Program-made: the position numbers and the translations under genes
Notes under the pieces: generated by a model
Told to the model about the DNA's origin: nothing
Databases searched by the model: none
The model's input: only the letters and a program-made list of their open reading frames with translations
Source of the DNA: Dimorphilus gyrociliatus
Lineage: Eukaryota; Animalia; Annelida
Direction: 5' to 3'
Assembly: GCA_904063045.1 (NCBI GenBank)
Contig: CAJFCJ010000019.1
Span: forward strand, 1,503,700 to 1,567,699
DNA length: 64,000 nt
Part shown: positions 24,746 through 39,724 of the stretch, in pieces
Position numbering within the stretch: position 1 is the first letter of the stretch
Layout of the letters: each line of letters begins with the position of its first letter

Positions 24746-25743
24746 TCAATTTGGAACATTTGTAGCATAACCAGGAAGTGGCAAATTTAGGCCTTCTTTT
24801 GCCTCAAAAAATGTGTAAGACAGTATTATAGAGTCAACATTTTCAAGTTTTGGATCTTCTACTATGTCAGGATCAATGTAAAAGAAAACAGGCATGTCAA
24901 CTTGTTCGTGAGGATTTAAGCGTTGCTCTTCGAAGCAAAAACACTACGAAAAATAAAACATTTAGTAATGTTTTAAGCTCTCTTTTACAGTTTATCATAC
25001 CTGTATTTTGTTGAAATATTGTCCAGCCTCAAATGGAACAACGTTATAGGTTGATATACCAATAATAGGCTTATCAGTTGGATTTTTTGCAGTATAGAAT
25101 GCTAATGCAGTCTCTCCAGGAACAACTTTAACAGATCCTTGTTGCGGATGAAAACTCCATTGCATGCTTGATGCTGTATCTGCATTAAACCTAATAGTGA
25201 AATCCCTCGTTCTATTAACAGCAACATTTTCTAAATTAGTGTCATTGTGACCGACAGCTGGTGTACCACCCAATCCAGTAGCCTATATCATAAAATATTC
25301 ATATGAATAGATGAAATTAGAAAGAGAATATTAAAAAGTATTACCTGACAAAACATACGATATAAGGGTACACCGGCGTAGGACATGCCGACCATGAATA
25401 TGCCAATAGCGGTCACGTAAAGAACTGCTGTTGTATTACCAGTCTTTGATCTTGTTTCTTGGTAGAAACGAATTGAAGGAGATGAAGAGATTGCATTTTT
25501 TTGAAATATTAACTTTTTAGGATTTCGGATTAGCGATGAAAAGTTGCGATTATGTAGAAGGCATTGAGAACGTGCTTGATTCTGTTATAAAGTTCATTAA
25601 ACACTTTTATTTTCCTTTGAAAAAAATCCTGAAATATATAATGATATAATGTAAACTTTTTAATAAATACTTACTAGGATACTTTGTCCAAAGCTTTGAA
25701 ATACTCTTTTCTGATTTATGAGCGATAATCTGACCAAAAACAT
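24746..25743 (-). CDS. COX11: Cytochrome c oxidase copper chaperone COX11; 4 exons
   Basis: Presequence-like MFLVRLSLINQKRVFQ; TM ...SYAGVPLYRMFCQ; RFNADTASSMQWSFHPQQ; spliced YFNKIQ|CFCFEEQ (copper-binding CFCF). Confidence 0.95.
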
Positions 25744-26002
25744 TTTACTAATGACACTACAAAATAGCAATAGCTGCAGCGCTCAGATCGCTATGAACAA
25801 AACAGCTCAAATATAGTTTAGTTCACTTCCGCAATGAAATATTGGTTTGGAAGTTACTTTAGAGATACTATTTATCTTGAAAATTAAAGGTTCTCTTTTA
25901 TAAATAAATTAAGAACAGAAATGATTGTTTATATTTTCATAAGTTTATTCAAAAATATACTTTTTGAAACTTTGATTGAATAGAATGAAATAATTTTGAT
26001 GT

Positions 26003-27767
26003 CTAGGTATCGTACACTAAACCTGCAATTTGATATCGAATCATAAAAGCGACAATACTACATAATGCTTGAAGCATTAAATAAACACAACACAATGTTT
26101 TCTCATGTAACGGCCCGAACAGCCTCAGTAGCAAGTTCAGAATCGTCATATTAGTGCACTTGTAATGAATATGGTTCTCTTTTTCAACAGTTTGCGTTAG
26201 GTTGATTCTGAAAAAATAGAACAATCACAATTTTTTAATTATATATCTCGTATAGCTCACAATCTAAAGAAAGATGCAATACGGAGAATATATTTTCCTG
26301 GAAATTTGATATCTTTTTCGCTAAATTCGGCTAAGCTAGATTCCAATTTGTCAGTTTTTACATTATATCTATTAAAAAAATAAAATAAATTCAAATCATC
26401 TATAGGTAAGAATTTGAAAAGGTTAACAAACTTTGGCATCCTATGCCTTGGACAGGGAACAAAGTGAAATAGTTGGGGAGCAGAGAAAAGAAAGTTGAAT
26501 ACTTGAGGAATAAAGAATAGGAGCATAGTTTTGCTGTAAAATATAACAAATTACACTCTGTTTTTATAACAATACATTTAATCTATTTTTCAAGCAAACA
26601 AACCTAAAATGACCAAGAATAGCAACAACGGCAAATGTCATACCAGAAAAGTAACAAAACGTATCACCAACAAAGGCGTTTGCTGGATACCTAAAGAAAT
26701 TAATAAATTATGTAAAATTAAAGGAGGGATATAAAAATCTTATTAAATTTACCAATTGTGATACAATAAACCCAAACATACTCCAATATAAGGCATAAGG
26801 AAGTACAAAGAAAAAATATGTGCTTCGCGATGAGTTCCATGAATTTCTAAAACATTAAAAATGACTACTGATATTGCAATTATGAGACTTTGTCCAGCTT
26901 CAACACCATTAATACCAGCTAGAATGTTTATTGCATTGGTACAAAAAACTGCTAGCATTCCCATATATAGATAGTAAAGTGGTCCAATATTTATGGAAAA
27001 TCCAACAAATGCCCGAAATGGTTTAGGAACAATTATCTCTGTGAGATCAAATGTAACGAAATAGACCATAAGAAGTGGTAACGAAGCTATGGTAGGTAAA
27101 AGGAGTTTGTGACGCCATCTAAGTGATTTATTAGGTTTTAATGTGAAAAAAGAATAGTAAAAAAAATTTGAAACTACCGCAGATCCATGACATCATCAGC
27201 AAAACCCAAGAAAATCATACAGCAAATTGACAGTAATGCAGCTAGGAATTGAACATACTGCAAATAAGATATTTTTTAAGTTATATTCAAAGCTTCAATG
27301 GATTGTAAAACATACCTCGGAAAATGGAAATTGAGTTCCTATCGATCGATTATAGAAATATTCATAGAAAGGAACGGGAATGAACAGAAAGAGAACGATT
27401 AGAAAAAATGCTCCTGCTAATACTCCTTGAGCTTCTGGCCTAAACATATAAAAAGTTTTTAAGGACTTTCTTACTACCGATAATTGTGAAAAGATTTATA
27501 ATAATAATAATTACTATTATTACTATTATTATTGTTAAATCATAAATCATACGGCTGCGAACTTAAATTAAGCTGGTAGAATTTCTCAAATGCATTACTA
27601 ACAACTTACAGTTTTTTTAATTGAGCTTTATTTAAATCTTTCCCAAACAAATTAGCGCCAATAAACATTTTGGAGAATCTTGGTATAATTTTAATTAAAA
27701 TTAATGATGAAACCAATGAAAAGGCTGCATTTATGATTAATGTCAAGATCAACTTAGTATCTTCCAT
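26003..27767 (-). CDS. DPAGT1: UDP-GlcNAc:dolichyl-phosphate GlcNAc-1-phosphotransferase (GPT/ALG7); multi-exon
   Basis: LFGKDLNK...PEAQGV; FLGFADD; [23 protein letters not shown]; [10 protein letters not shown]; [29 protein letters not shown]; [10 protein letters not shown]. Confidence 0.95.
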
Positions 27768-28112
27768 ATTTGTTGTTCTAGTAATAAGTGTTTTATTTTA
27801 TAAAGTGTCTCTATTGCATCTTTCACAATTCCAGTTTTTGAGAGTCGTCTGCTTAGAGTTCCACATGGCAAATCTCGTAGAATCTCGTTAAGTATTTTTA
27901 AATATTAGGAGATTAAATTGCAGCAATACTTTATCATTTTATATCCAATAATCTTAGATAATAAAATAATGTAATATTAGAATTGTTATACAACTATTTT
28001 TTCCTATGCAATTGCTAGATCAATGTCATTTTCATTTTTTTTTACAAACTTTGTATATATTATTTCAAACTGCAACACAAAATAGCAGACTACAGCTGCT
28101 TGGGGACAGAGG

Positions 28113-31100
28113 ATGGCGGAAGAGAAAGCAGATTTAAGCAACCTTAATTTTGATTTAGATGAGGTTTGTTAAATAAAGATGCAATTATCTTCACTACTTC
28201 CTTTGGAAACTTATGCTAATACTATTCTTCATAGGAGTTTATCGTTTTTTGTTCTTTTTTCTATTATCGTTCACTAATTTTTCCCCTCCCACCAGATAGA
28301 TGATGAAGAATTTAATTTGCCTCAAGTCGAAGCACCGACACTAGAGAGTATTTTAAATGAAGTACGTAAATATTTTATTGCTTAATATAATCAGTTATTT
28401 TAAATTTTGCTATTAATTGTTGAAAGATTATTTTACTAATCAAATGGAATAAGGTAAATTTTTTATAGGAGTTATATTCAATATTTAGGAATATTTTTTG
28501 TACTATAACCTCTGAAACAAAGCACAAAATTACCTTTATAGTCAGATAATGAAGATCTTGATCCGCATTCCCTGGAATACGATGACTCTCAATCTGTATC
28601 GAGTATTGAATCGCAAGATACTCCAAAGAAAAAGAGAAAACCTATTTCAGCTGTACGTTCAGCCAGCGCTATTCTACGTCATATTGTCTTAAAGAGTGTA
28701 TCTGCCCAATTATCATCAGCCGTTGATAGAGTTTCTGCTGGCTCCCCAACAGTACTGGCTGTGGGAAAATTATTAGCTGTTGGGACTAGTCATGGGTTGG
28801 TTCTTGTTTTCGATCCAAATCAAAGTTTAAAGTGGTGCTTGGGTAGTTCTGTTGTTGGTGAGCTAAATAGTTTTTCATTCAAATTCAGATTGTCTAATGT
28901 AAATCTTACCATTAGGTGTTCAATATGGAGCCGTTACAGCTCTAACTTTCGACAAAACCTCTACTCGTCTGCTGTGCGGATTTGCAAAGTCTGTTATAAC
29001 GATGTGGGATACAACAAATGGCAAATTACTTCGAACAATTACTGATGCTCATCCTCCAGGAACAGCTATTTTAAATCTTCAGTTTACTGATTCACACACG
29101 CTAGCAGTGTCATCAGACAGCGGAGGCTCGGTTTTTGAATTGGAATTCAAGAAATTGATAGCTGTAAGAAGTTGTGAATCACGATGTTTATTCTCCGGAT
29201 CTCGTGGAGAAGTGTGTTGCGTAAAGGCTCTTCATACTGAAGCAGAGCCTAATCATCCTCTTATGAATTTAGGAGTAATTGCCATGGGTACCTTATCGAA
29301 ACTATTATTAGTAGCCTTACGACCGCAACTAAAAGTTGTATATGCCGAGCCTCTCACTGGTACACCGAATACCCTTCCACTTTTAGCTTGGCAATTTGTA
29401 GTTATTCAACTCAATGACGGATCAAAAGTATTTGACCCTGTCTTGGCTTTTGCTAGGCAACAAAGTATTCATTTTGTTCAGGTTTGGAAAGACTCTTTAT
29501 TACTTTTGTTGTACTAATAACATATAATTTCAGCTAATTTGTCGAAAAGGAGCGGAACTTAGCTTCAACAAATTAAAAACAATTACGGTCAATTATACAC
29601 TTTTAAATATCGCTTGGCTCAACACAAGAGCTCTTATTCTTCTGGATCAAAGCGAAAAGTTTCATATCCTCGATATTCGCAACGAATTTGAATTGGATGT
29701 TGTTGATGTTGCAAATATACGCTTTGTGTATAGTTCTAGCTTCTACAAATCTCTTGCCACAGGAGGAAACGTTTCAAAAGCTATGGCTTATGCCGCTGAC
29801 GTTGCTTGCTATAGCTCAATTGCTACTTATAGTAAGCAATTATTACTCTTGGGTGTTGAAGGAGTTCATGTCTATTCTTTAAGAACTTGGAAGGAGAGAA
29901 TTGATGCTGTAGTGAAAACAAGTTACTTAGACGAAGCTTTAAAATTAGCTGTCTCCTTTTACACCGCAAAGCACGGTGAAACAGCAGCTGTATTAGGTTT
30001 ACTATTTCAATAATTTCTTTTTGTAGATTTATAAATAATTTTAAAATCTTCAGGCCTTCCAATTCAAATTCAACGAAGAAAAGTTTTGGTTCGAAAAAGG
30101 GTTGTTGAGCTAGCTAATCAGTATACAAATTGGGCTCTAAGTACAAACGGAGATGAAGACTTTTGGGATTATGTTGCAAGAATTCTAATAGAAAGTTTAA
30201 TCAATGTTGATGAGAGGAGGGAGCTTGTTCGAACAATTTATACAAAATTTGAAAGTAATCAACTTTCAAAGAGAGCATTTTTAGAGAATGTTGAACCATT
30301 TGTTATAAGTGGAAAAGCTCCAGACTTAGGACCGTCGATCATGAGGGATTTAGTGGAATATTATGAATGTAAGTTGGAAATACATAAATTTTTTTCCATG
30401 CTAAGTGTTTGAAATATTATTAGCTACTGATCAATTACACCGTTTGGAAGCCTGTTTAAATCAAGTTGATATGTCAACTATAGATACAAATAAAGTCGTT
30501 CAATTATGCTGGAATTTCGGATTATATGATGCTTTTATATCAGTCTATAATAGGGGATTGAACGATTATTCAACTCCTATTGAAAAGTTAGCTAATTTAT
30601 TAGAAACTAGTGATGAATCTGAAGAAATGAGGAAGCTGGGCAATAAGTTATTAGTTTATATAAGTTGTTCATTATCTGGAGCAGCTTATCCTGTTGGAGA
30701 TATAAAAGAAGAAAAGAAGTCTAATGTAAAATTAGAAGTTTTTGATTGTGTTACTAGATTGCATTCCTCACGAAAGCGAGAAGATGAAGCTTCTTATCCC
30801 TATATGAGAATACTTTTGAGATTTGATACTGTTGAATTTTTGAATGTCTTGGCTTTAGCAAGCCGCTCTGAACCTGAATTTAATGGCGAAAACACAGAAG
30901 GAGCCACCAGACTTCAAAGGCTATTAGATATCTTGTTGAGAGTTATGGTCGAAAGTGAAAGGCGATTTGAATCTTCACAAATGGCGGCTCTCTTTACTTT
31001 TGTTACAAGATTATTAGCTAGAAACAATAATGTAATAGTCAGTAGAGGACTGTTAGAAAAGTTACTACTGAGCGTTCCCGCTGAATCTAGGGCAACTCCA

Positions 31101-32572
31101 GGAGGGCAAGTAAGACATGATGAGCGAGAACAAGCCTTACAAGAACTACTTGACAATGGGGGTCAGGAATATTTCGATGAAGATCGCCTCTTGGAATTAT
31201 GTGAACATGCTAAATTGTAAGCAAAATATATAAATATATCACATTGATGACGTCAGTTTAATTTATCTTTTCTTCTTAGCTACAAAGTTTGTCGTTTAAT
31301 TTATGAAAAACGTAGACGATTTGGTGATGTTTGGAGAAGCTTGTGGAATGATTCAAATTCAACAGAATCAGCTCTAAATTACTTATATTCAGTTCTGATG
31401 AATCATGTACCGAATTTGAAAGAATCAGAGAGAGAAGACATCAAAGCAACTTCTTCAAAACACATCGCAGAGCTTGTTCGACACGATGCCGATCGAGCTG
31501 CTAGATTTACGCTACTAGGTTTGTTTAAAGATGTCAAAACGGCTTCGAATACTTTAGCTGATCCAGAAGATAAATATAGATTGTTGAAAGCAATCATTGA
31601 AATATCACCAAATCAAGACAATGATATTCATAACGAACTAATCGAGTTAATGGCTGAGTTTCAACCAAAGTTAATCGAGTCTCATTTACGGTCGGTTTAT
31701 AATCAATTTGATGCAAGCAAAGCTTTAGAAGTATGCAAACGTAAGAACATTGTCCCTGCTGTTGCTATTTTGTATGAAAAGGATGGTATGCTTATGGAAG
31801 CTTTCGAAACGCTCTTTGGTGATGTTCAAAAAAAGCTAGAAGGCTTTATCTCGGCTGGAAAAGATACTGTTGAACTTCAGAAATCTGTTGAAGCAGTTTC
31901 TGATTTGTGCCGGTAATAAATTTAAATTTGTTAAATAATATCGTAATATCATAGATTTCTTTTTTAAGACGACATTCCAAGGCTTTGGATGGTGATAACG
32001 GAAAGAAATTATGGTTTAGGCTGTTAGACGTTCTACTTGCCGCTGACGAATTTGTGAAAGATCGAATTGACTGCCTAGCGGAAGTTTGTCAGAATTTATT
32101 AAGAAGTATGGTTGGGCATGTTCCACTATCAGATATTGTTCAAAGACTAATGAAAACAAGAACAGGAACTTTTTCTCAAGTTCGTCCTTTATTAACGGCT
32201 CTATTAGCAAATTACAATTATGAGACGACATTGCTTGATATATGCCGAAAATTAGTTGAAAATGACGCTGCAAGACATTTGAAAGAGTATCACGATCTTC
32301 GGGGAAAAGCTATTACTCCATCAATAATTTGTTGCCTTTGTAATGGCATTATTGAAGATGATAACATTTGCTTTAAATGTACTCACACATATCATCTAAA
32401 TTGTCTCCAAAAGGAAATCTATTGCCGACTTTGTGCGCGAAGGAAACCTAAAAATTGTCATATGACCGTTCTAAGAAGACAACCATTAAAAATTGAATCG
32501 CCGTGGGCTTCTTCAGATATCTTACCATCGGAGCTGCGGCTAAAGCCCCCTCCACCATACTCAGCGAAGTAG
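28113..32572 (+). CDS. VPS8: CORVET subunit VPS8 (WD40 + alpha-solenoid + RING); multi-exon
   Basis: PTLESILNE; LLAVGTSHGLVLVFD; SDSGGSVFEL; SRCLFSGSRGEVC; GNKLLVYISCSLSGAAYP; C-terminal RING CCLC...CTHTYHLNC...CRLC. Confidence 0.92.
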
Positions 32573-32945
32573 TGCTAAAAATATACTATTTCATTCAATA
32601 ATTCTAAAGTATTTGTTACAATTTACTTCATCAATACATTAATATCCACAGAATCGTCAATTAAATATTAAGCATAGCTTTTTGATGAATTTCCACTAAC
32701 TTATTGGAAATCTAGCAAATTGTCCTGTAAATCTAAGTTTTATTTATCAATTTCCAAAAAATATGCTTTCAGGTTTGACCTTTCATAGTTTTAACTGTTC
32801 TCTTTGTCGTTTATATTGATACGCTTTATTATTATATAAGTTATTAAAAGTGTTCAAGACAAAGGCTAATAAGCTATCGAAACAACTGTTTATCAGTCGT
32901 CTTGTGACTGATGCATAAAAGTCAGTATTTTTAGCTCTTTACTTT

Positions 32946-34088
32946 CTAACTACCTAAATCAACATCAACAACATCACTCGATAAATTTTCACTCTTTGCT
33001 TCCTCATTATTTTCAGTTTCCATTTGATTATTTTTTCGCTTACGATTCTTTTTTCTATTTTCACATCTAGCGCTTTCTTCTCCAAATATTTGGATTCTTG
33101 TTTCTTTGTCAGTATATTCATCTGTTCTAGTTAAATGCAAGAAAACTCCACCGGGGGTTCTTCTTCTGTTTCCAGACTGTAAACATAAAGTTTTTTAATC
33201 ATTATAACTTTGACAATTATTAACTCTATTGTTATTACCACAATCATCATTCCACCATTTTTCTCTATTTCTTCGGTTTTGTAAAAAATCTCTAAGGCTT
33301 TTTTCTTACCTAAAATCTGCACCACTTTCCCTATTAAAATTAGATCATTTAGTAAGGAATTTTAGATTAAGAAGAAAGTATATATCTATATTTACATATG
33401 AGAGCAACTTTGGGTTCCTTTAGATCTCTAGCAAGTGAACGAACAATTGTTTTTTTGCTATGGGTTTCCTTTAATTTACGATATCCATCATTGGGCTTCT
33501 TGTGTTTTTTGGCCTTTTTACCAGATTTTCCTTTATCATTGTTCTTATGCTCTTTTTTTTCTTCTTCGTCCTCTTTACTGCTTGTACCTTTCGAATCGCT
33601 GTCCTCATTGCTACTATCTGCCTCATGGTCGTATAGAAATGAGAGAGGATCTTCAGGTGGCGAGGTTACATTTGTTAGAGGTCTACTATCTTTAAAGGCA
33701 CTTGAATAATCATAGCTTTCAACATTTCTTTCAATCTTGTGCTCCGATTTTCCAACGCCTATAATAAAAAAAGGGTTAATATTGAATAGTTTGCGACTGA
33801 TAAAAAAAGGAAAACTCTTGTAATAAATTACCAATGCTATTAAGTGTTGAAGTCAAGGTATCCTCTTGTATTACGGAAGACCATATGTTGTTTGTTTTTT
33901 TCTTTTTTGTTTTAGGCTCATTATCTGCATTAATCGAGGTGTTAACTTCAGAGTTTCGAATCTTCGATGTCTGAAACGTCAAATACAAATTATCGCTCAT
34001 CCATAAATTTATTTTTCATATAATCTACTTTATTTATCAAAGCAGGAATATCATCGTCACTAATTTCACCATCTTCAAAATCTGACAT
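32946..34088 (-). CDS. PHAX: Phosphorylated adapter RNA export protein (snRNA export); multi-exon
   Basis: MSDFEDGEISD; KKTNNIWSSVIQE; RNA-binding domain LARDLKEPK...ILGKKKALEIFYKTEEIEKNGGMM...RRRTPGGVFL. Confidence 0.88.
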
Positions 34089-34690
34089 AATCAATGTATG
34101 TTAAAGGTTTATTTAAAAAAGAGAGTTTTTTTTGCAGACAACTTTCAACTATGCTGAGAAACCGAAAAATATGTTCCAGTCTTTAAGGACACTACAAATG
34201 TGTTATTCAACCAAAAAAATGGTATTCAGACATGTATTTTTATTTGTTTTACTTATAAATGAGCAAAGGAACTTTACGTCGCCCAAAATTACTTATAAGG
34301 AGCTTTAAAATATTTATCGTTAATTTATAAAACAATTTTAAATTTAGAAAATTTAGGAAACAATAAAAGTAGTGTTTTGAAAAATAGAAAAGTCCTAAAG
34401 TTTGTCTAAAATTCTTGAAGTACATTTAATTTGAAAAAAAAAACTTAAATAATTTTTTAGTAAAAGGATAAACGAAATTTTTATTAAATAATACAAGAGA
34501 ATAAGAGCGATAACATGCTATTAAATATTTCGTCAATTTTTCCAAGTGACCGGAAATGGAGTTTCTTTAGAAAACTTCCGGTTAAGTTGTTGGCGATTTC
34601 AGGATAGAATTCTCCTAAAATTTCTCTTATTCTGAAAATTATTATTTACCATTTTATTTCCAAATTATCTGATTAATTATTAATATTACA

Positions 34691-35122
34691 ATGGTGAATG
34701 GTAAGCTATTTGTTATGTCTTTTTTAATAGATAGATTAGTTTATTGACATTTCGCCACATTTCAATTCATTGAAATTTAAATGTCTCACATTCTATAATC
34801 ACAAATTCGCAGTATCTTATTTAATTTTTCTCGTCTCTTTTTAGTATATTCTTTCGACGGCTTGATGGTTTTCGGTTTATTTTTAATCTGCACTTGTGCG
34901 TACATGAGACGTGTTCCGAAACTAAAGCAATGGCTTCTTTCTGAAAAAAAAGGATTTTCTGGACTATTTTACAAAGGTGAGCTTGGGAATATGTTTTTTT
35001 TTTATCAATTAATATATAGTACAAATATATTTGAAACAGCTGCTGTGATAGGAACAAGGTTACATATACCAGTGTCAATAAGCTGTATAGCGGCAGCAAT
35101 TTGGGTTCTAATACTGCGTTAA
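34691..35122 (+). CDS. TMEM167B: Protein kish-B; 3 exons
   Basis: Spliced [74 protein letters not shown]. Confidence 0.9.
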
Positions 35123-35314
35123 AGTTTCTAGTGTAGACTAATTTATAAATATTGTCAACATCTAATATACATTCTAAAATTTTAAATCGTTTAAATTTAT
35201 AATACAGTTCGTTTAATCATAGCCTTTTATTTTGAATTGGAAACAGAAAAATTTTACATTCGTTTAATTTTTTTCTTGCAAAATCTTGGATAGGTGCTTT
35301 TAAAACTGAACTAC

Positions 35315-38300
35315 TCAAAAAGCATACACGGTTCGTCCTTTTAGACCTAATAAATTGACGTCTCTTTCAAGCTTTGTCTTCTTTGTCGAATCTAAGAAAA
35401 TTTCAACAGATCGTATACCAAAGATTAGCTTTACTTGCTTCTCAAATTCATTGTATTCAAGTTGATGCTCTTTAATTGGATTCTCCAATAAGATCGTGCC
35501 TTTTCTTCCATCTGCATATGTCACATTAACAAATTTGCAGAATGGTGCTGGTACACTTGATGCTGGTGATGTGATTACTAGTTTTAAACTATTTTCTTTA
35601 ATTGCTGTTTCTTCTTCAATGATAACATTTGCCGAATCAGGCGCTTCTCCTTGGATCATTGTTTGTTTAACTGTAGCCCAAATAAAATCTTTAAAATCTT
35701 TGGCCACTTTCTCAATTTTATCAGTTGTTTTGTAATAGATATTGATTTCATCAGTAGGCAATAAACTGGCCGCTTTACGTAATTTTTGAACCCGATTGAT
35801 AATTTCTCTCGCTAAACCTTCATCAACTAGCTCTTTGGAAGGTACGGTATCCAATAAAACTAGAAATTTATTCCAAGATGTAGCCTTCAAATTACTTCCC
35901 TTTTCATCTGCAGAACTCTTTGGAACGTATGTCAATTTCATCTCATGTCTATTGATTACATGTCCATGAAGAGTTATTTCACCGGTCTCTTGAAATTTTT
36001 CTAGGTCTTTTTCCGGTAACTCGTCTACCATTTTCTTTACTTTTTGCATATCAGACTTTAACCTTGAGCCAACAACTTTAAAGTCAAGCGTCGCTTTGAG
36101 GGTAACATCATATTTCGCTTTGTCTTGACTGATGGTAAGTTTTCGAACGTTTAATTCTTCTTTTATGTGGGATTCCAAGTATAACACATTTTCTAGTGCT
36201 GTTTTTTCTTTGTGGATAACAACCACTTCCGAGAGTGGATACTTGCTGGGAAGGTTGTTTTGATCACGAATCAGACGGCCTGCTTCGATTACGCTTTGCA
36301 TATCAGCCACGGCATTTTCTATTTCGACGTTAATGAGACTTTGCTGATAGACTGGTAGCATTAAGTAGTGTACACTCTCTTTAACATCGACTTCTGCAAG
36401 GTAATTTTTCAATGTCTGATACATAAGCTCTGTTAAATACGGCACAAAAGGAGCTAATAGTCTAACAATAGTGAAAAGAACAGAATAAAGTGTTGTAAGG
36501 GCTTGTTGACAATCTTCGCTTGTAGAATCTCCCTTCAGACGCTTTCTATTCATCCTTACATACCAGTTAGTTAATTGATCGATAAATTTTAAGAGAGCTG
36601 GAACAACAGTGTATAGCCGGTAGTCTTTCATTTCTTGCTGAACTTGTTTTACCAAGCTCTGGATAAAACTAACAATCCATTTATCCATATAATTTGTAAC
36701 ATTTAATTCAGCTTTTTCATCAAATTTAAACTCTTTGCCTTCTTCACTTTCATATATCTGAATATTCTGAATTAAAAATCTATAAGCATTATACCAAGGT
36801 AGGAAAACGTCTTTTAAGATATCACGAACGCCTTTTTCCTTAAATTTTAGCTGCTCTGCCCGAACAACTGGAGAATTAACTAAATAAAGACGGATAGCAT
36901 CAGCCCCATACTTGTTCACTACTTCAACAGGATCTGGGTAATTTTTGAGTCTCTTGCTCATTTTCTTCCCATCTTCAGCTAACACCATTCCTGTGCATAC
37001 AAGATTCTTGAATGGAGGCTTTCCAAACAGTGAGGTAGAAAGAACCATCAATGTGTAAAACCAGCCCCGAGTTTGATCGATTCCTTCAGAAATAAAATCT
37101 GCAGGGAAATTCTCCTCAAAATCCTTTTTGTTTTCAAAAGGGTAATGACACTGGCCATAAGGCATAGAACCAGATTCAAACCAGCAATCAAAAACTTGGG
37201 AAATACGTCTGAGTACCCCCTTTCCTCGGTTGGAAGGAATAGTAAGATGATCGATATTTTCTCTATGAATATCTGTGATTTTTTGTCCTGTTAATTCTTC
37301 TAATTCCTTGATGCTACCTACACAAACCACTTCTTCTCCATCGTCACTTATCCATAAAGGAATGGGGTTACCCCAAAATCTGTTTCTGCTTATGTTCCAG
37401 TCTTTAGCATCTCTCAACCAATTTCCGAAGCGTTTCTCCTTCACAAAATCAGGAACCCAGTAGGTTTTTTCGTTGGAATCTAAAAGAGCCTGCCTTGCAT
37501 GCTCAACACGAACAAACCAACTATTTACACCTTTATACAGCAAAGGTGTATCTGATCTCCAGCAGAAAGGATAACTATGCTTTATTTGACTCATTTTTAC
37601 TAAACGTTTTTTATCTTTAATCATCTTAAGAATGCCTTTGTCTGCATCCTTCACATACATTCCCTTAAAATCGCTTACTGCTGCAGTGAATTTACCCGAA
37701 TCGTCAACAGGACATATTGGTTCTTGATCTTTATCAATTATGCCATATCTCAAATTTACTTGATAATCGTCTTCACCAAAGTATGGTGCTTGTTGAACAA
37801 TACCAGTACCAGATGTATCAGTTACATAACGATCACAAAGTACTTTAAAAGCGCCTTTCGCTTCTTGATCTTTGAAGTAGTCAAACATTGGAACATATTT
37901 CAAGCCTTCTAGTTTTTTTCCAAGTGTTTCTTCTAAAATTTCATACTCAGACTCCTCTTTGAATAATTCGCAAAGCCTTGTCTTCATAATGATAAACTTT
38001 TCTTTTCTAACTTTGTCTAAAACAGTGACGTATATCATATCGGGATTGACACAAAGGGAAAGATTTGAGGGCAGGGTCCAAGGGGTAGTTGTCCATGCAA
38101 TCATTGATACACCTTTCTTATCAACAAGTGGAAAAGAGACAACAATGGCTGGATCACATACATCTTTGTAGTTTAATCCAGCTTCAAAGTTTGATAGAGG
38201 GGTATTACAACTTGTTGAAAATGGCATGACCTGAAAGTATAATTTTTATAGATATTTCCTCATTTAAGTCTGTTTTCCTTACCTTAACACCTTTATACAC

Positions 38301-38813
38301 TAAACCTTTTTCATAAAGTTGCTTAAATACAAACCAAATGCTTTCCATAAAAGTTGGATACATTGTTTTATAATCTTTGTCGAAATCAATCCATCGAGCA
38401 AGACGGGTCATTATCTCAACCCACTCTTTCGAATATCTCATAACAATTTTACGACATTCGTCGTTATAATTTTTTATTCCCATCTTCATAACATCTTCGG
38501 GACCAGTGATGCCTAAAGTTTTATCAATTTCATGTTCAACTGGTAGTCCGTGACAGTCCCAACCAAATCGTCTTTCTACGTGAAATCCAGACTGATGAGC
38601 CCATCTAGTAATAATATCTTTAACTGTTCCAGCCAACACATGGCCATAATGGGGAAGACCAGTTGCGAAGGGTGGGCCATCGAAGAATGTAAAGTTTGGC
38701 TTGCCCTTAGATTGCTTGAGACATGTTTGAAAAGCGTTAATTTTCTTCCAGAGCGCTAATATTTTTTCTTCCTCTTCAGGAAAGTTAATCTTTTCGGGAA
38801 CCGCTTGTGTCAT
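35315..38813 (-). CDS. IARS1: Cytoplasmic isoleucyl-tRNA synthetase; 2 coding exons
   Basis: [16 protein letters not shown] (HIGH), [44 protein letters not shown] (KMSKS); one short intron near 38230-38285. Confidence 0.98.
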
Positions 38814-39724
38814 GATCTAAACATAAGATAAAATATAAAGTATAACTTTATAGATCATTTAACATTCCAAGAGTAAAATAACAGTAGATTACCTCCACTT
38901 CTGTTCAAATACCGGTCTTATATACCTATTGTATTCCTAATTTCTTTATATTATCCTATTTTTGGAGCATGCAACACGTTGAAATATTGCACACACTATT
39001 TTACGGAATATCCGGGAATTTTTTAGTATTTTTTTTTTAATTATTGTATTATTATTTTAATAATTTTATATATTTATTGAATTATTTGTAAAAAAATTCG
39101 ATTATTAAAATAGTCCGAAAATAAAAATACAGTAGACTGGAATTTTCTTATGAAATTTACTTTCCTATCGGGAATTCTTCAATGTCTTGTTTCATTTTAG
39201 AATAATAAAACTATTGTGAATTGAAGCTATTGCGAATTGAAAAACAGTATTGAAATACTGTATAAAAAGCACTATTTCGAGAGAGCAAATTACATGTCGA
39301 TAAAATATATATTATATATTTTAATTTCTATAAAATGAGATATCGCAGAAATATTTCACAAAAATAAAGAATATTTATAGTAGTGTTCCAAAGCATAATC
39401 ATATATACATTTTTGAATATTCTAAAACCTGTCTTTATATTAGTTTGTAAATAAAATAAGAGATGTTAAAGTAAAGAATATCGCATACACTTTAATAGTG
39501 TTATTTATTTACTTTAAGTTCAAAGATATTCTTTTTACTATTAATTATAAAAAATGTCATAATCCTCTAATTTCTTTTACAAAGCAACACTTTGTGTCCA
39601 TCTTTTGGCGGGTGAAGACAGTCAATTACATTTTGTTATTTAACACTCACCAGTCTACACTAATGTGGAAGCTCTTTAGTTCCCATTTATCGCTCTAAGT
39701 GTGCAACGTTAGAATTATTTCGAA

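Noticed and set aside
24720-24748. TGA-terminated ORFs (COX11, centriolin, laminin) as Sec or readthrough candidates
   Set aside because: Not selenoprotein families, second stops follow within a few codons, and no SECIS-like element was recognised.
25670-25690. GTATCCTA in COX11 exon 1 as a U12 donor
   Set aside because: Imperfect consensus; the adjacent GTAAGT donor gives the correct phase-0 join.
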